A DNA stretch of 64,000 nt from Nageia nagi (Eukaryota > Plantae > Pinophyta): the NCBI GenBank assembly GCA_050084985.1, contig JBITNC010000001.1, forward strand, positions 142,600,001 to 142,664,000. The letters run 5' to 3'. Each line of letters opens with the position of its first letter. Positions within the stretch are counted from its first letter, which is position 1. A program made the position numbers and the translations under genes. Shown one piece after another: positions 12,368-24,545 of the stretch. Under the pieces are notes generated by a model. It did not search any database and was not told where the DNA came from. It was given only the letters and a program-made list of their open reading frames with translations.

Positions 12368-14439
12368 TATTGAGCAAAGTGTTATCATTGTTGTCAACAA
12401 ACTCAGTGGGACCTAGTTGGTATTGTGATACAATGTTTGGAGTATGGATAGAGATGTTCAGTCATGTTGAGGATGTGTTTGATGCTCGATTAAAGTTGGT
12501 GGAAGTAATTTGTGCAAATCTATAAAAATTGCAAAAAGTTGTCAAAAATTTGTAAAAGTTGTAAAAACATTATAAAACTTTCAAAAGTTATCAAAAAGTT
12601 ATTTGGAGCTTATTTAGAGATGTTTTGTGCATGTTTGGACATGTTCGTTGCTAGAAAAAAATTGTTGCAGCATGTTCTTGGAAAATTTCAAACAATGCAA
12701 AAGTTGTCAAAAAATTGTAAAACATTCTAAAAGTTACAAATGTTGTATATATTTATGAATGGAATATATCCCAATATATCAATTGGAGCTTTATTTATCA
12801 ATTGGAAGTTAAGTTGCACTATTGATTCAATGTTAGATAGATTTTGGTAACATTTTGGATCTCAAGACAATTTTGCTAGAATAGGTAAATTTCACTTCGA
12901 TGAGTGTTTGGATAGAAAAAAAATGTGAAACATATCAGCATGTATAAAAATATTTCAACATGGTTTTTGAGGTGTCAGATTAGTGTTTAGGATGATTGGA
13001 GGCATTTGTAGTACTTGATCGAGAAATTGTGCGCTCTCTGTAATAGGTTGAAAAAGTGACCCAGATTCCACTTTATAATTGGAATATTAATAAAATCATT
13101 GAGTTAGAATACAAAACTTTAACTTGAGGTATTTGGTACTAATATATGCATACAATTCAAATTTCAAATCAAATGGACATTTGGGGAATAAATGATGTGT
13201 ATTGCAAAAAGATAATTTCTCATTTTTTTAGTTTTGGATAGTTTTGTTGGACAATAGTAAAATGGTAAAATCCTTAATGTTTGGTAACAAATTTCAAAAT
13301 ATTATTATTTATTGTTGATAATCTCATCAAAATGAGCAACTTTTATTATTTAACCATCTCGATATGAGTGCTCGAGGTGTGAGTTTGTGCAAGGTATCCA
13401 TACTTTAGCTATGAAGTGTTTGACAAAATGTCTCTTTAAAATGTGATGGTTTTGTGTATTTTATATTATTGAAAGATATAAATATGTGCTATCATATGGC
13501 ATAATTTGTAGAAAAAATCATCTTTATTAAAATTAAGTGGCACAAAAAAATAATGATATTTTGGAGGTATATGTGTAAATAGAAATGATTGATAAACTTA
13601 TTGAGTTTCTTAAAGAGAATATAGAGGTCTTTTCTTTTCTTTTCTTTTTTAAGAGAAGTGCAAGAGTTGGTTACTTTTTAAAAAAGGATAAAAGATCTTT
13701 ATAAGAAGAAGGAGTTACAAAAAAGTTTTGGTTTTTCTCAAGAAAAGAGTGAAAAAGAGATAATGAAGGATGTCTCATGATTTTGGCTATAACTTTTGAT
13801 TCGTGACTTCGTTTGAGCCCATTCTTTTTTCAAAGCATGAAAAATTTTAAAATATATAAGATCATCATGTATTCTATGATAGAAATAATTGATAGCTAAA
13901 AATATAATCTTGTGATACAAATTCATAATTTTATTTTGAGGGTTTTTATTAAGCTTGTGGAAAATATTTTTGTTGTTTGTGTGTGTGTGCAAAAAATCAT
14001 CTTTCAAATTGTTGAAGTGTAGTGAGATTAAGATAGTTAATGTGAGAAGAGATTGAATTTGAACAAGATCATTTAGGATCTTTAGGAATTGGATTCATTT
14101 TTGCTACAACTTTGAGATCTTACCAAGTGGGTGCTTGGCAATTGAGATCGGAGCTTCATGCATTGGATGCTAAAAAATATTTGGTTTGTTGGTGCCATCC
14201 TTGTAGTGGGTGTTATTGAAATTTGTAAAATTCTATCCATTTTATTTTGGATTAGATTTATGTGGGAGCCCAAGAAATCCATTGGCATAGTGATTTTTCC
14301 CACATCGAGTTTCCACTATAAATCTTATGTTGTGTGATGCTTGCTTTTGTGAGTGTGTTTGATTGTTGAATTTTTATAGTGGTTAAAGTTTTAATTCACA
14401 CTAATTCACCCCCCTCTTAGTGTTACACATAGTTCAACA
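12368..14439 (+). repeat. 3' LTR of Copia 1
   Basis: Starts TATTGAGCAAAG (TG mutated to TA) after the PPT; ends TAGTTCAACA, followed by TSD CTTGG. Confidence 0.95.
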
Positions 14440-15499
14440 CTTGGATGATTATAGTATCCTCGATCAGGGTTGTGGATGCTTGATTAGCAATAAAGTAAGG
14501 ATGTAATGGGATCTAAGGTTAGTCCTCACTAGGGATATGGACACACATATGGAAGTGAGGTATACCTTATGAATGATGATATGTCTAGTGTTTACAATGG
14601 ACCTCTATGCATTTCATAAGAATGAATTATCTTATATATATTTATGCTCCATGAAACATTAAGTTTGAGAGCATAAAGAGAAGAAAATGATCATTATTGT
14701 ACACACAAGAGTTCATAGTAAACTTATATGTATTATAACCTTGTTTTATATCATCCCTAGTAGATGAAGTTAATTTGAATATCTCATTCATTATGCTTAT
14801 TTATCATATTATATATATTATGATCTTAGTAAGTTAATTAGGATGTTATGTTTAACACTCAAATAGTCACACCATTCATTTATCTAGTTTATATGAGTTT
14901 AAATTCACAATTCTAAACATTCATACTATTTATACCATCCCACATATGTGTGTCATTCTATTATTTGTGTTCAAAACCATGTATATACATAGCCAAAAGT
15001 GAAAAATGATGATATCTAATTCTATACTCTTTTAATTAAAACCTTATCCTAATTACAATTATGATATTGTTGGTATATAATGATAAAATTAAAAAAATAA
15101 TTTAAATTGATAACAATACATCACTTATCAATCATAATCACATGATATAAAATAATCCATCCATTGAAATAATTAAGAGGTATCATTATACAAGGATAAT
15201 GTAAACTAATCTCATCATTCCATGAACATGAAATATAACATCAAATTCAAATAGTAATATCTAATCATTCACATGTATGAAATCCTAGGTATATCATATA
15301 TTAAGAGTAACATATGATAATATATAAAGAATGTAATAACTCATCACATCATCATCTTATGAAGAATATACACAAGCATAGGCATCCAAATATATCATCA
15401 TCTATATCAAAAAATAATCATAATATAGTCCACTGCATAGCATTCAACCAATAAAATCAATCATGATCATCATGATAAAAAATGAATATAATATGTCAA

Positions 15500-18156
15500 T
15501 GTTGAGCAAGGTGCAACAACAATGTTATCATTGTTTTCAACACACTATTATGGATGTGTTCAACACTTGTAGCGATAATGTTATCATTGTTGTCAAACAA
15601 TTGCAAATGGTGTAAAAGTCATTCATATGTGCTTGTTTGAGTATGTTTGATTCCAATGAGGATAATTTTGATGTTCAAGTGAAGTTGTTATAGGATATTC
15701 ATATGAATTTGCAAAATTTACAAAAATTGTCAAGAAATTATCAAAGTTGTCAAAATTGCAAAAGTTATCAACAAGGTGCAATTCTTGAAAATGTTGCAAA
15801 TGCATGCCAATGGACTATGTTGGATGGTCCAACATATCATTTGAAGCCTTGTTTTTCAGTTTTAAGTGAATTTACAACATTGGATCAGTGTTAGTTGGAA
15901 GTTGGTATTGGTTTGAATCTCTTGCAATTTTGGTGAATCAGGTCAATATCGCTTTGGTGTGTGTTTGAAAAAGATGGATTAGTGTGGAAAGTGTTAACAT
16001 ATGTGGAAATAGGTCAGCATGGTGTTTGAGGTGTCAGATCATTGTTTGGACCAATCATTTGCATTGGTAGTACCTGGTTGGACAATTTAGCACATTTTGA
16101 GTCATAAAATTAGCCCTAAAGGCCAGTTTGAAAGTGGAATATTAAGAAAATGGTAAAGATTTAGACAAAAAAAATTAATTAAAATTATTTAGTACTAATA
16201 TGTGTAAACAATTCAAATTTCAAGTTCAAAAAAGATATGAGTAAGAAATGGCATGAGTTATAAAAAGACAATTTCTCACTTTTCCTAGTTGACTGTTGCA
16301 AAATTAGCCCTAGAGGCCACTTTGAAAGCTAAATATTAAAAAAATTATGATGATTTGAATCTAAAAGTTTTTAATGTAGGTATTTAGATATACCAAAATT
16401 TTAATTTTTAAATTTCAACCAAAATGGAGTTTGTATGAAGAAATGGTGAGCATTGCAAAATAGTCCCAAAAAACTTTTTAAAGTTTTGGACAATTTTGTT
16501 GTTTTCATGACAATTTTGTTTCGGGGTGTATTTGGTCAAAATAGATCAGTTTTGTGCATGTTTTCATATGTTAAAATAATTTAAAATAATGTTTGAAGTG
16601 TTATTTCAATGTTTGAGTTGATTGGTGGCATTGCCGGTATTTGTTTGGACAAGTTTGCACTTTTTGGAACATGTAAAATTAGCACTAGAGGCCTTATTGA
16701 AGGTCAAATTATGAACAATTTGTAAAGAGTTGAGGGATGAAATATTTACAAGATATATTTATTATTAATTTAAACATAATATCCAAATTTTAAGTCAAAC
16801 AAGCATCCAAAAAATATTTTGCGTGATTTGCATTAGCTAATTTCTTATTTTTTTTTTAGTTTTTGGTAGCCTTGTGAATAGTGACAGTTTTGGTCTAATT
16901 TATCACTTATATTTATAGAATTGATTTTTTAAGAGTTTATTCATGTATAAATCACTAATATTAACAACTTTACTTCTTTCATCATGTTAATTCAAGGTCT
17001 CAAAGTTGGAAAATGAGTAATGTGCATAATACTTTGTCCATGTATTGTTTGAGAAAATGCTTCATTAACACTTGGGCACTTTATATTACAAATTTAAAAG
17101 AGATATTTTTTTTATTTTTATTTTTATGAGAGAGTGTTTCTCATTTAAAAATGGGACAAAGTGATAATATTAAAAGTAGTGAGAGCTATTGAAATAAAAA
17201 TATTTGAGAATATTGTGGATGTGTTGGCTAGTTGCAAGGAAGATGATAGTAAGTGGAATTGTTTGAGAAAATATCAGTCATATTTAGAAGAGAATAAATT
17301 TTTACAATGGAATATAATTGAATTTATCATTTATTCATTTGATATCCCTTCAATATACCTTTCCAATGAATATAAATATTCCTACATTTTCTAAAGATTT
17401 GACTTTCATTCAAGGTATTTTGGTAAGGGGGCATTTTGAAGGCTCATAAGTGTAGGGGGAATTTTGGAGGCTAGATTACATTTTTCTTGCTTTAAAAGGT
17501 CATAAAGGTAAGGTTTTGTAGTGTGGTGTGAGATATGGTTGGATACAAGAAGTTTATGAGTGTGTGGGGTGTTGAAGATTATAGAGATTGAGATCATCAG
17601 TGTGGAGAGTATGAGTTTATTTTGGTGTAGAGTATGAGTTCATTTGTATGCAAATTTTGAGAAGATTGTAGAGTTTGGAGAGAAGCATTTAGATAAAGAG
17701 TTTTATGAGCTAGAATATTTAGGGTATTTTGAAAAGGTTTAACTATCTTCATTAAAGATTTATGATTTTCCATTTGGTGCTAGTAAATCAAGGTATTAAT
17801 GTCTACTTCCAGTTGGTGCTGGTAAATTAGGGGATTGGTGTCTCCTTCCAGTTGGTGCTAGTAAATTAGGGGATTGGTGTCTCCCTATAGTTGGTGCTAG
17901 TAAATTTAGAGGTAAGTGCTGATAAATTATTTGTAAAATTGATGCTTTGTAAAGGCTAGATTTGGATGGAAGTTCAAGTAGTCATTTCTAGGGATGTAGC
18001 TATATTGACAAACTTTGTTACATATTGTGTTGTGTGATATTTTAGATGTGTTTATTTTATTTAGTTTTAGTATTTCACTACTTTTTTTTTAAATATTGAA
18101 GAAATAATTTACTACATTGATTCATTCCCCCTCTTAGTATCATTATGCAACTAACA
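15500..18156 (+). repeat. 5' LTR of Copia 2 (~2.66 kb)
   Basis: TGTTGAGC...ATTCATTCCCCCTCTTAGT...CTAACA. Repeated at 22211-24545. The 5' portion is related to the Copia 1 LTR. Confidence 0.92.
17770..17920 (+). repeat. 39-bp tandem repeat in the Copia 2 LTR (4 units here, 3 units at 24435-24545)
   Basis: TTGGTGCT(A/G)GTAAAT recurs at 17774, 17813, 17852 and 17891. Unit is approximately TTGGTGCTAGTAAATTAGGGGATTGGTGTCTCCTTCCAG. Confidence 0.9.
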
Positions 18157-18224
18157 ATTGGAATCAAATCTAGATCCCTGAAAGATAAGCTTAACTAGCT
18201 TAGGGAGAACTTGAATTAGTCATA

Positions 18225-19770
18225 ATGGAAAATAAAAAATAAAAAAAGAAATCCCATCAGTCAGCTAAGGTACAACCAGAAGAGTCTATAGAATAAGTGT
18301 TAGTCATGGCTCCAAAGATGAAAGAAGACATAAAAATAAAAGGAGATTTAAGAGATGTTTCTACCTTTGAAGAGAAAGATAAGAATTTTAAAATCTTAGA
18401 AGAGTATGAAGATAAAGAAGTAGAAGTTGTAGTAAAATTTGAAGGAGAGTTCATAGTTACCTTTGAATAATTGAATGTTGATAGAAGGAAGAACTAGAGA
18501 ATGTCAAAGAAATTAAATAAATATAGTGATCATTTTGAAGATCTCTGCATACAACTTGAAAGGGACAAAAAGGTAGAAGAACATATAAAACCATAAGTCT
18601 CTGATAATGTAAAAGCTTACAACAAATTTAATGAAGAAATAACCAGCTTGAAGGCTCAACTGGAATTAACCCAAGCAAAGGAGGAAGCCTTGATACTATA
18701 TATAAAATAATGCAATAGGTGTGAAGAGATAGTAAATAAAGTTATCCAGGATCTAAAGTTGAAAGTAGAAGAAGCCATTACATTATAGATAAAGGATAAT
18801 GATGTAGCCCATCACAAACTTGAAGAGGAATTTATTTCATTAAGGAAACAACTAGAAGAAGCCAATCAAAAACTATCTACCAACCTCAAGTTTGAGAAGA
18901 GCATAAAGGTTCTGGATGATATGCTAAAACAATAAAGAGATCCCAAGATCAAGTTTGGTCTTGGATATGATACAAAGCAACAATCATCCTCTAAATCTAT
19001 AGAAAAGAAGACTTATAATGTTGTAGGAACAAGGCAAAATGAGCATGAAGTTGAATCATCAAATCAACCAACAAAAAAGACATAAGTTGGGAATAAAAAG
19101 GAAAATGATTGATTAAAGCATAGAAGTTTCGATGATAATAGGAGAAGATATCAAAGAAGAGGTATTATCCTTCTCATATTATTTATGATAATTCATTTTA
19201 TAGCTATTATTTTAAATTCAATTAATTTGGACATAAGGCATCAATATGTAGATCAAATGTCATGCATATAAACTTTGTAAATCAAAGCTCATTTACTTCT
19301 CTGCTAGATGAAAATATTAGATGATTTAGATGTAGCCAATTTGATCATAAAGAAGCTAATTGTACAAAAAACAATAAATCAAAGAGTCATATTGGTAGAT
19401 ATTTATATGTTCTTCAAATTGAATATGATGTACAATGCTTTAATTGTAATTCTTATGGGCATATGGTAAGGTTTTGTGGAAAGCCTTTTGCATCTAATAG
19501 ATGGCAGGATAAAAAATTCTATAAGATACAAAGAAACCATCAGAGAAAAGGAAGAAACTATTATAAAAAATAAGGAATGAAGAATGGTCAATATTTAAGA
19601 ATAAAGAAAAGAAAATATCTGAAAAGAAAATATCCAAAAAGAAATGGTCAGAATGCTTAAGGAGATAAAATTGATGATAGATACATACCCAAGAACACAA
19701 AGGTTTGGAGAAGGAAAGCTAAAGAGAAAACATGTTTCATTGTCCAGCTGAGTAAATCTGAATAAGAGTG
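18225..19770 (+). pseudogene. N-terminally truncated gag (coiled coil plus about three CCHC knuckles) of Copia 2
   Basis: EVEVVVKFEGEFIV matches Copia 1 EAKVDLEGKLIV. KFGLGYD motif; knuckle remnants at 19200-19480; ends KVWRRKAKEKTCFIVQ. No capsid/UBN2 part. Confidence 0.75.
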
Positions 19771-20364
19771 ATATAACCTACAAGTGATCACACTTCTAAA
19801 TCATTGAGAGGATAAATGGTAGCACATCCTTAAGTGGATCAATTTCAAAAAAAATTCTAAAGCTCCTACTATGTAAGATTTTCCTGAGGATGGTGAGTAA
19901 GTAGTAAGGGGGAGTAAAAGTTTTCATCTAATAGTATGATGTAGTTGTATGTTATTGTTGATTAGAATTTGAGTGAAGTTTTCATTGTTGAAGTTGTTAC
20001 TTTTAAGTATTTCCCATGAATATTTAAGTTGCTTGTAAGCTATTATATATTGCTACAACTAAGTTATAATATGGTGAATTTATCATTACTACAATGATGT
20101 TATATACTGCTTATGCACTTATGAGTGGAGTTGTGATTGTATATGTATTCATTAGAACTATAATGATGGAGTTCTTTTTTGAATTTTATTATTGCTATGA
20201 TTATACTGCTACAAAGTTGATGATGTTGACATATTATGCAAGGTTTATAGTAGTTGAAGATAGGGGAAATAATTACTCATTATTTTATTTTTTTGCTCAT
20301 ATTTGTCATTCCTAATATTGTTTCTATTTTAACATGTTCTTGAGAATATTATACATGGATTCAT

Positions 20365-21993
20365 GAGTCCTTAATTTTGCAAATAACTTTCAGTGCACAA
20401 AATTGGACACTTAATAGTGGATGTTCCAATCACATGACATGTGATAAACAAAGATTTAAGAAATTACAACAATATGAAGGTGGATCAGTGAAGTTCAATA
20501 ATAATGATAGAGCTAAGATAGTTGGAAAAGGTACAATTAAGATAAGTAACTAAAAGATCAAGTTAGAGGAAGTTTTGTTTGTGGTTAGTGTAAAGCATAA
20601 CTTATTGAGTGTAATTTAGATTTGTGATAAAGGTCATGACATGATTTTTAAGAAGCAGGGGTGCAAAATCAAATGGGAAAATAATAATAAATTATTAGCA
20701 TTTGGAAAAAGAATATTTGGTAATTTGTACACTCATAGAGAATTCAAAAGGATCTTTCTTATTAGGAAAAGAAGATACAAATTGGTTATGGTATAAGAGA
20801 CTTGAGTATATTAGTTTTGATAATCTAGCAAAGATCAGTGCAAAGAAAGTAGTAAGAGATATTCCTAGCATATCCAAGCCATCATATAACACTTGTGCAT
20901 CATGTAAAAAAGGTAAGCAAACTAGAACCTCATTCAAGGATGGATAATTATCTTACACAAGTGGGATTAAAAAAAGGTTTGGTGGATAACAATTTGTATG
21001 TTAAACTTGAAAATGGTCATTATATTTTTATTGTGGTTTACGTAGATGATATCATATTTGGCAATAATAAAGATGAATTGTGTAAAGATTTTACAAGTAA
21101 GATGTAGAAAGAATTTGAAATGTATATGATTGATGAACTTTTGTATTTTCTTGGTTTGCAAGTCAGTTAACAAGAGAAAGGCATATTTATATCACAAATT
21201 AAATAGTGAAAGAGATGTTGAAAAATATTACAATAGAGAATTGCAAGCTAGTTAGCACTCCCATGATGATAGGTTACAAGTTGAAAAAGGATGATAAATC
21301 TTCACCTGTTGATCAAACTATGTATAGATCTATATTTGGGAGCTTATTGTACTTGACTAGATTGGATATTTTGCAGGTAGTGTGCATGGTGGCATGATTT
21401 GAAGCTAGTCCCAAGGAGATTCATGTGACAATTGTGAAGAGGATTTTTCTATACCTCAAAGGCATAATGGATTATTATTTATAGTATCCAAAAGGTAAGT
21501 AATTTACACTTTTTGCATATTTATATGCATATTGGATAGGATGTGTCGATGATAGAAAGAGCACTAGTGGAGGTGCATTTTATCTTGGTATAAACTTAGT
21601 GGATTGACATAACAAAAAGAAGGAATCAATTTCTTTGTCCACAATAGAGGTAGAGTACATTGCAATGAAATCATATTTTACATAGGTTATATGGATGAAG
21701 TAAACTCTAAAGGATATTGAAATAAATTTCAATGAGCCCATCTCTATTATGAGTGACTAACAAATAGTATCAAAGCAATTAATATTTTCAAGAATCTAAT
21801 GATGCATTATCACACAAAGAACATAGCTATTATCTATAATTTTATGAAGAAGAAAGTCACATATGGTGAAGTAAAGTTAGATTTTATCCCCAATAAAGAG
21901 CAGTTAGTAGACATTTTTACAAAACCATTACCCAAGGAAGTTTTTGAGTACCTTCACAAAAAATTAGGAGTGGTCACACTTCCTAAGAATTGA
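20365..21993 (+). pseudogene. Copia 2 pol remnant: PR, INT zinc-finger region, deletion, RT C-terminus, RNase H
   Basis: ESLILQITFSAQNWTLNSGCSNHM; WLWYKRLEYISF...CASCKKGKQTRTSFK joined at ~20940 to DNYLTQVGLKKG...VYVDDIIFG; EQLVDIFTKPLPKEVFEYL. Confidence 0.92.
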
Positions 21994-22210
21994 CTAGTTT
22001 TTAGGGCCACATTCTTAGGGGGAGCATTCTTTTTCTTGTTCTTATTTTTTCTCCTATTTGTAATTTATACTAATTGTACTAATCTTTACCTAAGAATATT
22101 ATGTATGGACTCAGAGGGAGTCTTCAACAACCCTTTGGTCTTATTGTCAAAGGGAGAGAAGAATTACTAGAAATGGTGTGTGTGTTACCAATAATTTCAA
22201 ATAGGGAGAT

Positions 22211-24545
22211 TGTTGAACAAGGTGCATCAATATTATTATCATTATTGTCAACACTCTCTTATGGATGTGTTCAACACTTGCAATGATAATGTTGTCATTG
22301 TTGTCAAAACTTGTCAAAAGTTGCAAATGGTGTGAAAGTCATTCATAGGTGCCTCTTTGAAAATGTTCAATGCTTATGAGGATGATTTTTATGTTCATAT
22401 GAAGTTGTTATAGGTTATTTATACAAATTTGCAAAATTTACAAAAAATGTTAAGAAGTTATCAAAATTGCAAAAATTGTAAAAGTTGTCAAAAAGGTGCA
22501 ATTCTTGAAAATGTTGCACATGCATGCTAATGGATTGTGTTGTATGGCCCAACATATGATTTTAAGCCTTGTTTATCAATTGGAAGTGAACTTACAACAT
22601 TGGATTAATGTTGGTTAGACATTGGTACTAGTTTGGATCTCTTGGTAATTTTGGCGAAATGGGTCAATGTCGCTTTGGTATGTGTTCGAACATGATGGAT
22701 CAATGTGGAACATGTTAGCATGTGTGAAAACATGTTATCAAGGTGTTTTAGGTATCATCTCTATGCTTGGACCAATTGTTTGCATTGTTGGTACCTGGTT
22801 GGATAATTTTACATATTTTAGGATATTCATAAAATTAGCCTCGGAGGCCACTTTGAAAGTGGAATATTAAGAAAAATGTGAAGATTTAGATCAAAAAATA
22901 TTAAATAAATGTAGTTGGTATTAATATGTACATGCATTTGAATTTCAAGTTAAACAAAGATCTGAGTAAGAAATAACATGAGTTATACAAAGACAAATTC
23001 TCACTTTTCTTAGTTTTGACTTTTGCAAAAGTAGCCCTAGAGGCCACTTTGAAAGCAAAATATAAAGATTTGGATATAAAAGTTTTTATTTTAGGTATTC
23101 ATATATACTAAGATTTTAAGTTTTAAATTTGAATCAAAACAAAGTTTGTATAAAGAAACGGTGAGCATTACAAAATAGCTCCAAAGAACTTTTTTAAGTT
23201 TTGAACAGTTTTGTTGTTTTCATGACAATTTTGCTTTGGGGTGTATTTGGTAGAAATGGATAAGTGTTTTGCATGTTTGTATGTGTGAAAATAGTTTATA
23301 ATAATATTAGAAGTGTTATCTTAGTGTTTGGGTTGATTGGTGGCATTGTTGATATTTGTTTGGACAAGTTTGCACTTTGTGGGATAGGTGCAAAATTAAC
23401 ATCGGAGGCCTTATTGTAGGTAAATTATGAGAAATCCATAATGAATTGATATATGAAAATTTATAGGATGTATTTATTATTAATATGAACATAATATACA
23501 AATTTTAAGTAAAAAATACATCCAAGAAAGATTTGGCATGAATTACAAAAACCTAATTTATTACTTTTTCCAATTTTGGGTAGCCTTATGAATAGTGATG
23601 TTTTTGGTCAAATTTATTGCTTATATTTATGTAATTGGTTGTTTAAGAGTTTATTAATGTATAAATAACTAATATGAACAACATTGGTTCTTGAATCATA
23701 TTAATTCAAGGTCCCAAAGTTGGAGAACGAGTAATGTGCACAATACTTTGTCCTTGTATTGTTTGATAAAATGTTTCATTAACACTTGGGCACTTTATAA
23801 AATTGTTTTATATTTGTTACAAATTGAAAAGAGATTTTTATTTATGATAGAGTGTTTCTTATTTAAAAATTAGACAAAGTGATAATTTTAAAAGTAGTGA
23901 GAGCTATTGAAACAAAAATATTTGAGAATATTGTGGATGTGTTGGCTAGTTGCAAGGAAGATGATAGTAAGTGGAATTGTTTGAGAAAATATCAATAATA
24001 TTTGAAAGAGTATAAATTTTGGTAAAATAATACAATTGAATTGATTATTTATTCATTATATATCCCTTGAATATACCTTTCCAATGAATATAAACATGCT
24101 TATCTTTTCTAAAGTTTGCCCTTCATTTAAGGAATTTTGGTCAAGAAGTGTTTTGGAGGATAGATTATATTTTCTTGATTTAAAAGGACAAAAAGGAAAG
24201 GGTTTGTAGTGTGTTTTGAGAGATTATTGGATCTAAGAAGTGTATGAGTGTGCAAGATGTTGAAGATTGAAAAGATTGATATCATCAATGTTTAGAGTAT
24301 GAGTTTGTTTGTATGTAGGGTTTGAGAAGATTATAGAGTTTGGACAAAACATTTAAATAAAGATTTTCATGAGCTATAATATTTAGGGTCTTTTGAAAAG
24401 GTTTAATTATATTCATCAAATATTTATGATTTTCTAGTTGGTGCTAATAAATAAGGGGATTGATGTCTCCTTCTCATTGGTGCTAGTAAATTAGGGGATT
24501 GGTGTCTCCTTCTAGTTGGTGCTAGTAAAGTTAGGGGTTGGTGCT
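22211..24545 (+). repeat. Truncated 3' LTR of Copia 2
   Basis: Follows the PPT ATAGGGAGAT. Similarity to the 5' LTR stops abruptly after GGTTGGTGCT; ~235 bp of the LTR end is missing. Confidence 0.9.

Larger units (their letters stand above)
5069..14439 (+). mobile_element. Full-length degenerate Ty1/Copia LTR retrotransposon, SIRE (Sirevirus)-like, no env-like ORF
   Basis: TG...CA termini; 5-bp TSD CTTGG at 5064-5068 and 14440-14444; two ~2.05-kb LTRs; PBS; domain order gag-PR-INT-RT-RH; multiple AGGGGGAG-type PPTs; C-rich ATTCACCCCCCTCT motif at the LTR 3' ends. Confidence 0.96.
15500..24545 (+). mobile_element. Copia 2: SIRE-like, non-autonomous/chimeric, internally deleted, 3' LTR truncated
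   Basis: LTRs start TGTTGA(G/A)CAAGGTGCA at 15500 and 22211; degenerate PBS TGGAATCAAA at 18159; partial gag; PR; INT N-terminus fused to RT C-terminus; RH; multiple PPTs at 22016-22210. Left flank GTCAA; right TSD absent. Confidence 0.92.

Noticed and set aside
19750-20393. Possible intron between gag and pol in Copia 2 (TTTCAG at ~20388-20393)
   Set aside because: The AG lies inside the conserved coding motif ITFSAQ. The spacer is better explained as a 3'-UTR-like module.
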